Shown here: one piece after another, positions 16,721-25,789 of the stretch | Layout of the letters: each line of letters starts with the position of its first letter | Numbering within the stretch: the stretch's first letter is position 1 | Source: an uncultured Actinomycetota bacterium | GTDB lineage: Bacteria; Actinomycetota; Actinomycetes; JACCUZ01 | NCBI GenBank assembly: GCA_963705885.1 | Contig: OY970120.1 | Location: 98,179-162,178 of the forward strand | DNA length: 64,000 nucleotides | Reading direction: 5' to 3' | Translations under genes and position numbers: made by a program | The notes under the pieces: generated by a model | What the model saw: only the letters and a program-made list of their open reading frames with translations | Told to the model about the DNA's origin: nothing | Databases searched by the model: none

Positions 16721-17478
16721 GCGAACAGCCCCGCGGCGAGCTCGCGGTAGGCCTCGGCGCCCCGCGTCCGGCGGGCGGTCGTGAGCACCGAGCGACCGGC
16801 GGCCGGCGCCTCGGCGAAGCGGACCGACCTCGGGATCGCCGGCTCGAGCACGTCGAGGCCGTAGCGCCCCGCGACGTCGGCCAGCACGGCCCGGGCGTGG
16901 TTGGTGCGGCCGTCGTAGAGCGTGGGCAGGACGCCGAGCACCCGCAGGCCGGGGTTGAGGATGCGCTGCACGTCGTGGACGGTGTCGAGCAGCTGGCCGA
17001 CTCCGCGGTGGGAGAGCATCTCGCACTGCAGCGGGATGATCACCTCGTCGGCGGCGGTCAGCGCGTTGAGCGTGAGCACGCCGAGGGACGGCGAGCAGTC
17101 GAGCAGCACCACGTCGTACGCCGCGGAGACCTCGGCCAGCGCGGTGCGCAGCACGAACTCGCGGCCCGGGCGGCTGAGCAGCATGGCCTCTGTCCCGGCC
17201 AGCTCGATGGTCGCCGGCAGCAGGTCGACGCCGTCGTCCGTCGGGTGGATCGCCATGGCGGCCCCGACCCGGCCGACCAGCACGTCGTGGATGCTGAGCT
17301 CGACCACCTCGGGGTCCAGGCCCAGGGAGAACGTGAGGCACGACTGGGCGTCCAGGTCGACGAGCAGCACCTTGCGCCCGCGCTCGGCGAGGGCGCTGCC
17401 GAGCGACGCGACGGTGGTGGTCTTGGCCACACCGCCCTTCTGGTTCGCCACGGCGACAGTGCGGGTCACGGCGGCCAT
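16717..17478 (-). CDS. ParA/Soj-family P-loop ATPase
   Basis: Deviant Walker A KGGVAKTT, 253 aa, typical ParA length. Confidence 0.85.
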   Translation of the reverse strand: MAAVTRTVAVANQKGGVAKTTTVASLGSALAERGRKVLLVDLDAQSCLTFSLGLDPEVVELSIHDVLVGRVGAAMAIHPTDDGVDLLPATIELAGTEAMLLSRPGREFVLRTALAEVSAAYDVVLLDCSPSLGVLTLNALTAADEVIIPLQCEMLSHRGVGQLLDTVHDVQRILNPGLRVLGVLPTLYDGRTNHARAVLADVAGRYGLDVLEPAIPRSVRFAEAPAAGRSVLTTARRTRGAEAYRELAAGLFA

Positions 17479-17533
17479 TGTGCCCGCCGGTGCCCCATGG
17501 CTGTCACGGGGAGGGCGGGTAGCGTCCTGCACT

Positions 17534-18391
17534 GTGAGCACACCGCCCTTCCTCGAGCCGCCCGACGGCGTGGATCGAGCCGAAGTCCCCGCCGCGAGCG
17601 GCCGCCTCGCCGCCCTGGTCGGCTCCCCGGACACCCCGCAGCCCCGCCCGCCCGTGCTGCTCGTGCCGGGCTTCACCGGGTCGAAGGAGGACTTCATCGG
17701 CGTGCTCGCGGCGATCCGCGCCGCAGGTCACCCGCTCGTGGCCATCGACCAGCGAGGACAGTACGAGTCGCCCGGTGACGGCGACCCCGCGTCCTACGAC
17801 ATGAAGGCCCTCGCCGAGGACGTCCTCGCGGTGGCCCGCCACCTCGGCGAACCGGTACACCTGCTCGGGCACTCCTTCGGTGGGCTGGTCGCGCGGGCCT
17901 CGACGCTGGCCGAGCCGGGCGCCGTGCGGTCCCTGACGCTCATGTCCTCCGGCCCCGCGGCGATCCCGCACCCGACCGCCAGCAACCTCCAGCTGGTCAT
18001 CTCGGTGCTTCCGGGCATGGACCTGGAGTCGGTCTGGGTCGCCAAGCGGCAGATGGAGGCCCAGACCGAGGCCCGGCCGCCGGCACCGCACATCGAGGAG
18101 TGGTTGCACCAGCGCTACGTCACCCATGACCCGGTGTGCGTGCGGCGGATGGCCGAACAGCTGCTCACCGAGGAGGACCGGGTCGACGAGCTGGCCCAGC
18201 TCGACGTCCCGACCCACGTCATCCACGGCAGCGACGACGACGCCTGGACGCCTGCGGAGCAGGCCGAGATGGCACGTCGGCTCGACGCCGCGCACACGGT
18301 GATCGAGGACGCGGCGCACTCGCCCGCCGCGGAGCGTCCGGAGGCCACCGCCCAGGCGCTCCTGGCGTTCTGGGCCTCCCTGCACCCGTGA
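17534..18391 (+). CDS. alpha/beta hydrolase fold protein
   Basis: GHSFGG nucleophile elbow, C-terminal HGSDD...AAHSP; GTG start 17534. Confidence 0.75.
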   Translation: MSTPPFLEPPDGVDRAEVPAASGRLAALVGSPDTPQPRPPVLLVPGFTGSKEDFIGVLAAIRAAGHPLVAIDQRGQYESPGDGDPASYDMKALAEDVLAVARHLGEPVHLLGHSFGGLVARASTLAEPGAVRSLTLMSSGPAAIPHPTASNLQLVISVLPGMDLESVWVAKRQMEAQTEARPPAPHIEEWLHQRYVTHDPVCVRRMAEQLLTEEDRVDELAQLDVPTHVIHGSDDDAWTPAEQAEMARRLDAAHTVIEDAAHSPAAERPEATAQALLAFWASLHP

Positions 18392-18436
18392 TCGGGAGGG
18401 GATCCCGGCCTGCTGGCGGCCGAGATCCCCTCACGA

Positions 18437-19324
18437 TCATGGAGCGGTGTCCGTGGTGACCGGTTCGCCGAGCGCCGCCCACGGCTCGGCCGGCCCGAAC
18501 GCGGACGAGCCCTCGGGGCACACGCGCACGAAGTCGCACCAGCGGCACGACGGCGACACCCGGGCCGGGAACCGCCGGTCGAGCCCGTCGGCGTCGAGGC
18601 CCTCGCGGAACGCCGCGTCGGCGGCGCCGGCCTCCTCGCCGACCGACTCCGCGCGGTCGAGGTGGCGGCGCAGGCTCTCGGAGGTGTGCTCGTGGGAGAC
18701 GACGTCGCCGGTGGGCAGGTGGTGCAGCTCGACCCGGAGGCAGGGCCGGCGGAACATGCGGGTGACCGCGATGGCGTAGAGGGCCAGGGCGAGCGAGCTC
18801 CTGGCGTCGTACGCCGTGAGGAGCCGCTTGCCGGACTTGTAGTCGACCACCACCAGCTGCTCGGCCCCGCCGACGTGCCGCCGGTCCAGCCGGTCGACCC
18901 GGCCGGACACGGCGAGGGCCGGGGTGCGCGTGGCCACCGTGCGCTCGATGCCCAGCGGCTCGACCGCCGGGTCGAGGGTCGCGGCGTAGCGCGTCACCAT
19001 CTCTCGCGCCCGTGCCCGCCAGTGCGCCGACTGCTCGGCGTCGCGGAAGCCCTCGTGCCTCCAGACGTCGTCGAGGAGCGCGCCCGCCACCGCCGGGGTG
19101 CGCGCCGGCGGGTCCAGGCGGTGCCAGGCGGCGAGCGCCAGGTGCACGGCCGAGCCGAGGCTGTTGTGCGCCCAGGGCGGGCCCTTCGACGGCTGGGGCC
19201 GCTCGAGGTAGGCGAAGCGGTAGCGGCGGGGGCAGTCGAGCCAGGTGGTCAGCCGCGTCGGCGTGCAGGTGAAGAGCCGCCTCGGAAGCCCGTCGAGCGC
19301 GAGCTCGCCCTGCCCCGCCAGCAC
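18437..19324 (-). CDS. PD-(D/E)XK nuclease, Cas4/RecB-like with 4-Cys cluster
   Basis: VVDYKSGK (D/E-x-K core), N-terminal Cys plus C-terminal CRWCDFVRVC, the Cas4-like Fe-S arrangement; AGGAGG RBS 9 nt before GTG 19324. Confidence 0.7.
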   Translation of the reverse strand: MLAGQGELALDGLPRRLFTCTPTRLTTWLDCPRRYRFAYLERPQPSKGPPWAHNSLGSAVHLALAAWHRLDPPARTPAVAGALLDDVWRHEGFRDAEQSAHWRARAREMVTRYAATLDPAVEPLGIERTVATRTPALAVSGRVDRLDRRHVGGAEQLVVVDYKSGKRLLTAYDARSSLALALYAIAVTRMFRRPCLRVELHHLPTGDVVSHEHTSESLRRHLDRAESVGEEAGAADAAFREGLDADGLDRRFPARVSPSCRWCDFVRVCPEGSSAFGPAEPWAALGEPVTTDTAP

Positions 19325-19328
19325 GGGA

Positions 19329-19940
19329 CTAGGCCTCCTGCACGAAGGCGGTCACCGCGTCGGCGACGAGCTGGACTGCGATGGCAGACAGCAGGAGCCC
19401 CGCGATGCGCGTCACGAGCGTCACGCCGCTGTCCTTGATGACGCGGATGATGACGACCGAGAAGCGCAGGAACAGCCACAGAACGATGTGCACGGCCACG
19501 ATGCCGGCAGCGACCGCCGCGACCTCCCACGCGTCGTCGACGCGACGGACGAACACGATGGTGGCGACGATCGCGCCCGGGCCGGCCAGCAGTGGGGTGC
19601 CGAGCGGCACGAGCGCGACGTTGACGTTGCTGGTCTCGACGGGCTCGTCGGCCTTGCCGGTCAGCAGCTCGAGCGCGACGAGCAGCAGCAGCAGCCCGCC
19701 GGCGGCCTGCATGGCGGGCAGCGAGATGCCGAGGTAGCCCAGGATCGACTGGCCGAACAGCGCGAACAGCACGATGACGACGAGCGCGACCAGCACGGCC
19801 TGCGACGCCAGGCGCTTGCGCATGCTGTGCGTGCGACCGCTGGTGAGGCTCAGGAACAGGGGGATGGTCCCCGGCGGATCCATGATGACGAACAGCGTCA
19901 CGAAGACCTCGACGAACAGCTTGGCGTCGGACCCGCTCAT
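19329..19940 (-). CDS. MarC-family (UPF0056) integral membrane protein
   Basis: 203 aa, six hydrophobic helices, MarC-like N-terminus (FVEVFVTLFVIMDPPGTIPLF). Confidence 0.8.
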   Translation of the reverse strand: MSGSDAKLFVEVFVTLFVIMDPPGTIPLFLSLTSGRTHSMRKRLASQAVLVALVVIVLFALFGQSILGYLGISLPAMQAAGGLLLLLVALELLTGKADEPVETSNVNVALVPLGTPLLAGPGAIVATIVFVRRVDDAWEVAAVAAGIVAVHIVLWLFLRFSVVIIRVIKDSGVTLVTRIAGLLLSAIAVQLVADAVTAFVQEA

Positions 19941-19947
19941 CGGGTGG

Positions 19948-20793
19948 TCACGGGCCCACCGCCGCGGCGCCGGTGGCCGAGGCGAGCAGCTGCTCGAGGA
20001 CCGCGGGGTCCGTCGTGTTCTCACCGAGCCGGTTGGGCTTGCCGGTGCCGTGGTAGTCGCTGGCACCCGTGACCAGCAGGCCCAGGTCGGCGGCGAGCCC
20101 GCGCAGGTGGCTGCGGGCCTCGGGCGGGTTGTCGCGGTGGTCGACCTCGAGCCCCGCGAGACCGGCCGTCGCCATCGCGCGGATGCCGTCGTCGCCCACC
20201 GTCGTCCCGCGCTTGACCGCGGCGGGGTGCGCGAACACCGCCACGCCACCGGCCTCGCGGACGAGGCCGATCGCGCGCAGCGCGTCGACGTAGTAGTGCC
20301 CGACGAAGAACTCCGAGCCGTCGTGCAGGAGCGTGTCGAACGCCTCGGTGCGGTCCTTGACGACGCCCAGCGCGACGAGGGTGTCGGCGATGTGCGGGCG
20401 ACCCACGGTGGCCCCGTCGGGCACCTGCTCGAGCAGCGCCTCCCACGTGATCGGGTAGCCGCCGTCGGCGAGCTTGGCGACGATCGCCTTCGCCCGCGGC
20501 ACGCGGTCGTCGAGGGCCGCCTCCATCTCCTCCGCGAGCCCGGCGTGAGCCGGGTCGAACAGGTAGGCGAGCAGGTGCAGACTCACGCCGTCGTGGACGC
20601 AGGAGATCTCGGCGCCGGGCAGCAGGGTCAGGCCGGACGGCACCGCCGCGGTGGCCTCGGCCCAGCCCCGCGTCGTGTCGTGGTCGGTGAGGGCGACGAC
20701 CTCGAGGCCCGCCTCGGCGGCCGACCGCACCACGTCGGCCGGTGACTGGGTGCCGTCGGAGGCGGTGCTGTGGGTGTGCAGGTCGATGCTCAT
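19948..20793 (-). CDS. PHP-domain metal-dependent phosphoesterase (TrpH/YciV-like)
   Basis: MSIDLHTHSTASDG N-terminal PHP motif, conserved His/Asp ladder (LTDHD, FAHP, DYHG). Confidence 0.8.
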   Translation of the reverse strand: MSIDLHTHSTASDGTQSPADVVRSAAEAGLEVVALTDHDTTRGWAEATAAVPSGLTLLPGAEISCVHDGVSLHLLAYLFDPAHAGLAEEMEAALDDRVPRAKAIVAKLADGGYPITWEALLEQVPDGATVGRPHIADTLVALGVVKDRTEAFDTLLHDGSEFFVGHYYVDALRAIGLVREAGGVAVFAHPAAVKRGTTVGDDGIRAMATAGLAGLEVDHRDNPPEARSHLRGLAADLGLLVTGASDYHGTGKPNRLGENTTDPAVLEQLLASATGAAAVGP

Positions 20794-20907
20794 CCGCGGT
20801 CCCCGGTGATCCACCGGCCGGGGGTCAGCCGGCCGGGCATGCTGATCCTGGGACAGGGTCGGGGTGTCACGCGGTACAGCGTAGGGGCGAGCGGGACCGG
20901 GACCGCG

Positions 20908-21537
20908 TCAGACCGTCAGGCGTGGGGACAACGCGCCGAAGGGCACGTCGAGGTCCCGGCCGGCGTCCCTGAGGTCGACCAGGACGTAGTCGTCGATGAG
21001 CAGGAAGCCGTCGCTCGCGGGCCACAGCACCGCCCAGACCCAGCAGGCATGGGCCTCACCGACGTACACCGCGCGGTCGTCGGGACCCTCCAGGCCCCAC
21101 ATGGCCGTCGGGTGGCCCGCCACGGGCACCTTGGCGTCCGGCGCCCGGTCGACCGGGACGGTGCCGGGGTCGGGGCCGTCGACGCCCGCGAACCGCGCCC
21201 CGAGCCCGACGCCGGGCTCCTCGGCCACGAGCACGAGGTCGGCGACCCCACCCAGCGGTGCGGGGCCCGAGCAGGCGACTGCCGTGGCCCGCCACCCGGT
21301 GCGCTCGTCGCCCGCGGTCGCGAAGCCGGTCACCAGCCACCCGCGGGGCAGCGGCCAGGGCAGCCAGACGGGCACCGATGAGCGGGCACGCACCGCGTGC
21401 AGGACCTCGGCGGTGGGCTGGACGACGGGCTGCAGGGGGTGGACGGCGCCGTGGCCGTCGCACTGCCACGCGCTGGACCAGAGCCCGGGGGCGTGGAGCG
21501 TGGCGCCGCACCGGGGGCAGCTCGGCTCCGCCCTCAT
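20908..21537 (-). CDS. conserved hypothetical protein with N-terminal zinc-ribbon (CPRCG...C..H)
   Basis: 209-aa ORF; Trp/Pro-rich; no assignable family. Confidence 0.5.
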   Translation of the reverse strand: MRAEPSCPRCGATLHAPGLWSSAWQCDGHGAVHPLQPVVQPTAEVLHAVRARSSVPVWLPWPLPRGWLVTGFATAGDERTGWRATAVACSGPAPLGGVADLVLVAEEPGVGLGARFAGVDGPDPGTVPVDRAPDAKVPVAGHPTAMWGLEGPDDRAVYVGEAHACWVWAVLWPASDGFLLIDDYVLVDLRDAGRDLDVPFGALSPRLTV

Positions 21538-21592
21538 GATCCGACACGGTCCCGCCGCGCGGCGGCCGGCGTCAAGGCCCCCGGCGCCGGCG

Positions 21593-21814
21593 TCAGTCCA
21601 CGGGGCGGCTCGGCGGCTCCTCGACCACGCGCTCCCGCGTGACGGGCTCCTCGACGACCCGCTCGCGCACGACGGGCTCCTCGACGACGCGGCGACGCCG
21701 GACGGGGCGCTCGACCACGGTCCGGCGGTAGACGCGCGCGGGACCGGCGCCCATCAGGCTCATGCCGATCACCAGCACGAGGATCACGGCGAGGATGATC
21801 AGGACGGCGGTCAT
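21593..21814 (-). CDS. small single-pass membrane protein with four tandem RxRVVEEPV heptad-like repeats
   Basis: MTAVLIILAVILVLVIGMSLMGAG TM helix followed by VVERPVRRRRVVEEPVVRERVVEEPVTRERVVEEPPSRPVD; coordinates taken from the ORF track; my manual indexing of the display differed by 1 nt here. Confidence 0.45.
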   Translation of the reverse strand: MTAVLIILAVILVLVIGMSLMGAGPARVYRRTVVERPVRRRRVVEEPVVRERVVEEPVTRERVVEEPPSRPVD

Positions 21815-21886
21815 GTCGGTGCTCCCACTCCTAGGCTGAGTCCCGTGTTCCCTGGCTCGGCGCCACCGAAACGGCATGTCCCCTGT

Positions 21887-22270
21887 GTGGGTGCACTCGT
21901 GCACGACGACGACGGGCGGCTGCTCGTGGTGCGCCGGGCGCGCGAGCCCGGTGCGGGGCGCTGGTCGGTGCCCGGCGGGCGCGTGGAGGCCGGCGAGTCC
22001 GACCAGGAGGCCGTACGCCGTGAGGCACTGGAGGAGACCGGGCTGCACGTCACGGTCGGCCTCCGGGTGGGCACGGTGCAGCGTCCGGGGCCCGACGGCG
22101 TGGTCTACGACATCCGCGACTACGCCTGCGCGCTGTCCGTCACGACGCCACCCGTCGCCGGCGACGACGCCGCGGAGGCCCGCTGGGCGAGCCGGGCCGA
22201 GCTGGCGGACCTCGACCTGGTCGACGGCCTGTGGGACGCCCTGCACGAGTGGGGCATGCTCCCGCACTGA
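21887..22270 (+). CDS. NUDIX hydrolase
   Basis: Nudix box GGRVEAGESDQEAVRREALEETGL (GX5EX7REUXEEXGU). Confidence 0.8.
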   Translation: MGALVHDDDGRLLVVRRAREPGAGRWSVPGGRVEAGESDQEAVRREALEETGLHVTVGLRVGTVQRPGPDGVVYDIRDYACALSVTTPPVAGDDAAEARWASRAELADLDLVDGLWDALHEWGMLPH

Positions 22271-22372
22271 CCGAGGTCCGATCCTCGCGCCTCCACGGAC
22301 TGATCGGGCGGAGACCGTCAAGAGTTTGCCGTTCCGTCCCGACGAGGAGATGTGGCGACCTACCGTGCTGAC

Positions 22373-22825
22373 ATGCCCGCCCTCGCGCCGGTCCGGCTGC
22401 GGCTGACCTGGAGCCAGCGCCGGGCGTTCGTGCTCACCGTGCTCGGCTTCCAGGTGCTGGTCTGGGCGGACGCCTGGCTCAACGCCGGGCGTCTCGGCGG
22501 CAGCGGGCGGACCGCGCTGGCCGGGCTCGTGCTGCTCGCGATGGCGGCGGCCACCTGGTGGGTCGGGACCTCGGCCACCCGCCGTGGTCTGGTGGTGCAC
22601 GCCGTGCCGACCATGGTCATCCCGTGGGACCAGGTGCAGGAGATCGAGGTCGCCCAGCAGCTGGGCATCAAGACGGTCGTGGTGCACCACGGGACCGGCG
22701 GTGCGCGCCGCACCCGGCTGGCCGCGCCGACCACCGGACCGCTCGGCCGCGACCTCGCGTTCCAGGACAAGGTCCAGGCGCTGCGCACCTACTGGGCGGC
22801 CCAGCGCGCAGGCCAGGCCGCCTGA
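22373..22825 (+). CDS. membrane protein with bacterial PH-like domain (bPH_2-like)
   Basis: Two TM helices followed by a domain containing the VIPWDQVQEIEV motif typical of bPH domains. Confidence 0.5.
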   Translation: MPALAPVRLRLTWSQRRAFVLTVLGFQVLVWADAWLNAGRLGGSGRTALAGLVLLAMAAATWWVGTSATRRGLVVHAVPTMVIPWDQVQEIEVAQQLGIKTVVVHHGTGGARRTRLAAPTTGPLGRDLAFQDKVQALRTYWAAQRAGQAA

Positions 22826-22949
22826 CCGAGGGGCCGGACGCCTCCAGCCCGCAACATCTCCCGTCGGGCCGCCTCCGCCGGGCCGACCGGCGGCCCGAGC
22901 GCGACGTCTGATGCCCGAGCACGACGAATTCGGCGCGCTCGGGCAGCAG

Positions 22950-22969
22950 TGATCACGCGCGCGTGATCA
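22950..22969. terminator. 20-bp perfect palindrome TGATCACGCGCGCGTGATCA followed by TTT (bidirectional terminator candidate between convergent genes)
   Basis: Read directly; lies between the + strand gene ending at 22825 and the - strand gene ending at 23017. Confidence 0.45.
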
Positions 22970-23016
22970 TTTGCGCGTGGGGTAGTCGGTCGAGCGGCGA
23001 AGGCCCGCCGGGAGCG

Positions 23017-23523
23017 TCAGCCCTCGACCGGCTCGGGGCGGCCGGGCTGCTCGCCGCCGCGGGCCTCGCCGTAGGACCGCTTGGGCACCATCACCTTGCG
23101 CCGGAACACGCACACGACGGTGCCGTCCTGGTTGTAGCCGCGGGTCTCGACGTGCACCACGCCGCGGTCGTCCTTCGAGCGGGACTCGGTCTTGTCCAGC
23201 ACGGTCGTCTCGCCGTAGATCGTGTCGCCGTGGAAGGTCGGCTTCACGTGCCGGAGGGACTCGACCTCCAGGTTGGCGATGGCCTTGCCGCTGATGTCCG
23301 GCACCGACATGCCCAGCAGCAGCGAGTAGACGTAGTTGCCGACCACCACGTTGCGGCCGAACTCGGTGCTGCTCTCGGCGTAGTGCGCGTCCAGGTGCAG
23401 CGGGTGGTGGTTCATGGTGAGCAGGCAGAAGAGGTGGTCGTCGTACTCCGTGACCGTCTTGCCGGGCCAGTGCTTGTACGTCGCCCCGACCTCGAACTCC
23501 TCGTACGTCCGGCCGAACTGCAT
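23017..23523 (-). CDS. MaoC-like (R)-specific enoyl-CoA hydratase / dehydratase
   Basis: Hot-dog fold MaoC signature (DDHLFCLLTMNHHPLHLD, GRNVVVGNYVYSL). Confidence 0.85.
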   Translation of the reverse strand: MQFGRTYEEFEVGATYKHWPGKTVTEYDDHLFCLLTMNHHPLHLDAHYAESSTEFGRNVVVGNYVYSLLLGMSVPDISGKAIANLEVESLRHVKPTFHGDTIYGETTVLDKTESRSKDDRGVVHVETRGYNQDGTVVCVFRRKVMVPKRSYGEARGGEQPGRPEPVEG

Positions 23524-24014
23524 CAGACCGTCCCGCCGGTGAGTCCGGCGAGGAGCTCACGGGCCCGGTCGGCCTCGGCCCACACGCAGCGCACCTCGTA
23601 GCTGCTCGCCACGATCTTGCTGCGCGACGTGAAGTCGCGCTTGCCGCCGCTGAACGCGTGACCGACGAAGCCGAAGATGGCACCGAACACGGCGCCGTAC
23701 GCCACCGCGGCGAGGATGAGGCCGACCGTGTTCGTGCCGTCCTCGGCGAACAGCGACAGGACGATGCCGACGAAGAGGCCGAACCACGCGCCGCTGGCCG
23801 CCCCCGCCATGGCGGCGCGGCCGCGGGTGAGGCGGCCCAGGACGTTCTCGACCATGCGCAGGTCGGACCCGACGATGCTGACGTTCTGCACCGGGAACTG
23901 CTTGTCGGACAGGTAGTCCACGGCGCGCTGCGCCTCGGCATAGGTGTCGTAGGACCCGACGACCTGGCCGCGCGGGATGTCGGAGTACTGCTCGTGGGCT
24001 GACATGGCGCTCAT
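23523..24014 (-). CDS. general stress protein 17M-like membrane protein (glycine-zipper)
   Basis: N-terminal soluble segment, then Gly/Ala-rich TM pair AGAASGAWFGLFVGIVLSLF...AVAYGAVFGAIFGFVG. Confidence 0.5.
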   Translation of the reverse strand: MSAMSAHEQYSDIPRGQVVGSYDTYAEAQRAVDYLSDKQFPVQNVSIVGSDLRMVENVLGRLTRGRAAMAGAASGAWFGLFVGIVLSLFAEDGTNTVGLILAAVAYGAVFGAIFGFVGHAFSGGKRDFTSRSKIVASSYEVRCVWAEADRARELLAGLTGGTV

Positions 24015-24038
24015 CCTTCCGTACCAGCCCCGGCGGTC

Positions 24039-25094
24039 TCACTCCCAGGTCGTCGGGATGCCGTGCGGGCTCGCGGATCCCAGGACGCGCTGGGCGCCTC
24101 CCGGCCACGTGCGCACCGTGACGAGGAACTCGTGCGGGTGCCCCGGCGCCCGGCGCCGCGGCTCGAACGACGCGTGCGCGAAGCCCGCCGGGTCGCCGGC
24201 TGCCGCACCGAGCACATCGACCCGACGTCGTACGGCGTCCTGCTCGGCCGTCGGGAGGTACTGCCACATCACCGAGTGCCACACCACCGTGGTCGTGCCC
24301 TCGCGCAGCTCGAGCCGGTCGAGGAACTCGGCGGCGCCGGCCCGCTCGACCGTGGCCGGCACCTCTCGCGCCAGCTCGAGCGCACCGCGGAGCCGCTCGT
24401 GGCGCTCGCGCTGGTCGGGCCAGACGTAGGAGGTCAGCAGCAGCCGGCCCTCGGTCGTCGTCGGGTCGACCGGCGCGACATCGCACCCGGTGCGCTCCAC
24501 GACGTCGACCCTGGCGTCCAGCGGCGGCGGCACCCCGCGCCAGGCGTCGCGCAGCACGACCGGCGAGGCACGCGGCCCGACCCACCGGCCGTCGGCCAGC
24601 CCGACGCGGAACCGGTCGGCCCGCAGGTTGAGCCCGGCGCTGGCACCGATCTCGACGAGCCGCACCGGGCCCGGCCGCCGGGCCACGACGTGGTGGAGCA
24701 CGCCGACGAGGGCCGCGGACCTGCCGACCTCGTTGGTCTGCGGTGCGCGGTCGAGCCACCCGCGCAGCTCGTCGCGGTGCGACCCGAGGAGGGCGCGCAA
24801 CGCGGGCCAGGCCGACGCGGGGTCCGCACTGCCCCCGACGGACGGGAACGCCGTGGCCAGCCCCGGAGCGCGACGCTCCAGCACGAGCCGGTGCACGCCG
24901 CCCATCAGCCGCAGACCCAGGGCACTCGGCCCGGGGTCCGCCTCGTGGCCGCTGAGCACGTCGGCGGCCGGGCCTGCCGCCTCGACGTCGTCGGCGACGC
25001 GCGACAGCAGCTCGGCGTAGAGCGGCGAGCCCAGTGTCGCGCAGGCCCCGGCCTGGTCGCGCAGGTGCGCGACCATCGCGGTGGCGTCGGTCAC
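24039..25094 (-). CDS. DUF2332-family protein
   Basis: Approx. 350-aa conserved actinobacterial protein; GTG 25094 overlaps the TetR TGA (GTGA), implying co-transcription with the TetR gene. Confidence 0.55.
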   Translation of the reverse strand: MTDATAMVAHLRDQAGACATLGSPLYAELLSRVADDVEAAGPAADVLSGHEADPGPSALGLRLMGGVHRLVLERRAPGLATAFPSVGGSADPASAWPALRALLGSHRDELRGWLDRAPQTNEVGRSAALVGVLHHVVARRPGPVRLVEIGASAGLNLRADRFRVGLADGRWVGPRASPVVLRDAWRGVPPPLDARVDVVERTGCDVAPVDPTTTEGRLLLTSYVWPDQRERHERLRGALELAREVPATVERAGAAEFLDRLELREGTTTVVWHSVMWQYLPTAEQDAVRRRVDVLGAAAGDPAGFAHASFEPRRRAPGHPHEFLVTVRTWPGGAQRVLGSASPHGIPTTWE

Positions 25095-25666
25095 CGGGCG
25101 GGCTCGCGCGCCGCGAGCACGGCCGCGGTCATCACGCGCGCCGCCTCGGCGTGGGACAGCCCGCCGTCGGCGCACAGCGACTGCCAGGTCGGGAGCCGCA
25201 GGGAGTGGGCCAGGGCCGCCCGCAGCCGGCGGGCGGCCCCTCCCCGAGCCGCGAACGGCCGGGCCAGGACGGCGACGCGGGCCGCCTCGTCCTCCGCGAG
25301 GAGCTGCCCCACGAACGCGGGCATGGTCTCGACGTCGCGCAGGATCATGGCCATCATCGGTGCCGCCGTCAGCCACCAGTCGTAGGTCTGGCGCAGGGCC
25401 AGCTCCAGCCGCGCGACCGGGTCGGGCTCGTCGGCCCAGGCCTGCGGGTCGGGTGCGGGGTGGCCGGCCGACCAGTGGGCGGAGCAGGCGCTGACGAGAG
25501 CCTCGTCGTCGGGGAAGTGCCGGTAGACGGTGAGCCGCGTGACTCCGGCCTCCTCGGCGACCGCCGAGACCGTCGTCGCGGCCGGTCCGACCCGCTCGTG
25601 CAGCCGCACGGTCGCCTCGGTGATGCGCCGGCGGGTCGCGTCGACCGCCTCGAGCCGAGCCCGCAT
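25091..25666 (-). CDS. TetR-family transcriptional regulator
   Basis: HTH (TVSAVAEEAGVTRLTVYRHFPDDEAL); start at the internal ATG (M32 of the track ORF). Confidence 0.8.
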   Translation of the reverse strand: MRARLEAVDATRRRITEATVRLHERVGPAATTVSAVAEEAGVTRLTVYRHFPDDEALVSACSAHWSAGHPAPDPQAWADEPDPVARLELALRQTYDWWLTAAPMMAMILRDVETMPAFVGQLLAEDEAARVAVLARPFAARGGAARRLRAALAHSLRLPTWQSLCADGGLSHAEAARVMTAAVLAAREPAR

Positions 25667-25686
25667 CGTGTACCCGCGTGATTTCG

Positions 25687-25702
25687 ATGAACGCAACTGT
25701 TC
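25687..25702. promoter_or_regulatory. inverted repeat TGAAC-N6-GTTCA (candidate TetR operator); half-site GTTCA recurs near 25760
   Basis: Read directly in the TetR/cupin divergent intergenic region (about 125 bp). Confidence 0.35.
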
Positions 25703-25789
25703 AGTCAAAGTCTTGACACCTCCGCGCGGGTCGGCTAGACCTGATTGAGCATACACCACTGTTCATCCAAATGAGTGAGGAGAGATCCG

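Noticed and set aside
16922-18391. 489-aa plus ORF overlapping parA
   Set aside because: Only the C-terminal 285 aa, from GTG 17534, form the alpha/beta hydrolase. The 5' part is antisense to ParA.
21781-21841. Apparent 1-nt frame inconsistencies between my reading of the displayed sequence and the ORF track, around 21781/21841 and 25740
   Set aside because: Track coordinates are self-consistent for flanking ORFs: starts at 21397 and 21876 and the stop at 21811 were checked. I attribute the discrepancy to my manual transcription or indexing, not to a real frameshift or pseudogene.
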